From the NCBI GenBank assembly GCA_043228905.1, contig JBHGNT010000013.1, positions 620,001 through 684,000 of the forward strand: 64,000 bases of DNA, given 5' to 3'. A program made the position numbers and the translations under genes. This stretch comes from Azolla caroliniana. Its lineage: Eukaryota > Plantae > Polypodiophyta. The notes under the pieces are model-generated. The model saw nothing but the letters and a program-made list of their open reading frames with translations. It did no database searches and was not told the DNA's origin. Each line of letters begins with the position of its first letter. Position 1 is the first letter of the stretch. Below, piece by piece: positions 63,483 to 64,000 of the stretch.

Positions 63483-64000
63483 ATAAATAATGCATTGTTT
63501 TTTAATTGCACATATGTAAAAAAAAAATAAAAAATCTCCAATAGTTATAGTATTATCTTATCTACCCAACCTTTGTAAATTGTTTTTGGAACTAGTCTCC
63601 CCACCATTGTAAGAAATGGGCCTTTTTGTAGAAACCTCTCACCTTCTAGACACATTGAAACATCACTACTGCAACCCTTCATTGTTTATGAACATTTGTG
63701 AAAGTTTTGACTTTATGACCTAGCATGGCCTCATATATATATATATATATATAACTTTTCTTGTACATTGTTAATGTCTTTCAAGCATGGTCTAATATAC
63801 TTTTCATTGGCTTTTGTTTACAAAATAAATCTAAATGCATAGCTTAAGTAAGAATATATTGGCCATTAATGTTTGTAGAGAACACTTTTATTCTTGATAT
63901 TTACTATATACATGGCCACATGAAAGATTCCCAAGTTCAAGGAAATATCTTATAGCTGAAGACAAACATCTATTCTTGATGTGTTATGATGAATGGTATT

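Overview
Eukaryotic land-plant genomic DNA; the retroelement families and composition suggest a fern or other non-seed plant (inference). Two divergently transcribed host genes flank about 56 kb of nested transposable elements. Left: first coding exon of a BTB/POZ gene like Arabidopsis At4g08455 (minus strand, 802-1503), with a tandemly amplified intron start. Right: a 7-exon CUE-domain/coiled-coil gene like At1g03290/At4g02880 (plus strand, 60282-63482). Between them lie three Ty1/Copia elements, three diverged members of a tRNA-Trp-primed non-chromovirus Ty3/Gypsy group, a Met-primed chromovirus, several solo LTRs, Athila/Tat-like integrase and extra-ORF remnants, a Tcn1-like chromodomain remnant, L1 LINE remnants and a hAT MITE. 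Nesting reaches four levels. Most notable observations: (1) a conserved GGATTTT slippery site plus predicted H-type pseudoknot between Gag-protease and RT in all three Trp-primed elements, which also show a DHG-type protease site and a 4-bp TSD; (2) five structurally conserved stem-loops in the 1.7-kb chromovirus leader, inside a putative leader intron; (3) a tRNA-like A/B-box cassette inside the LTRs of one Gypsy family; (4) a 5.8-kb inversion whose reciprocal in-frame junctions fuse a Copia polyprotein with an uncharacterised retroelement extra ORF; (5) a chromovirus family with TG...TA LTR termini.
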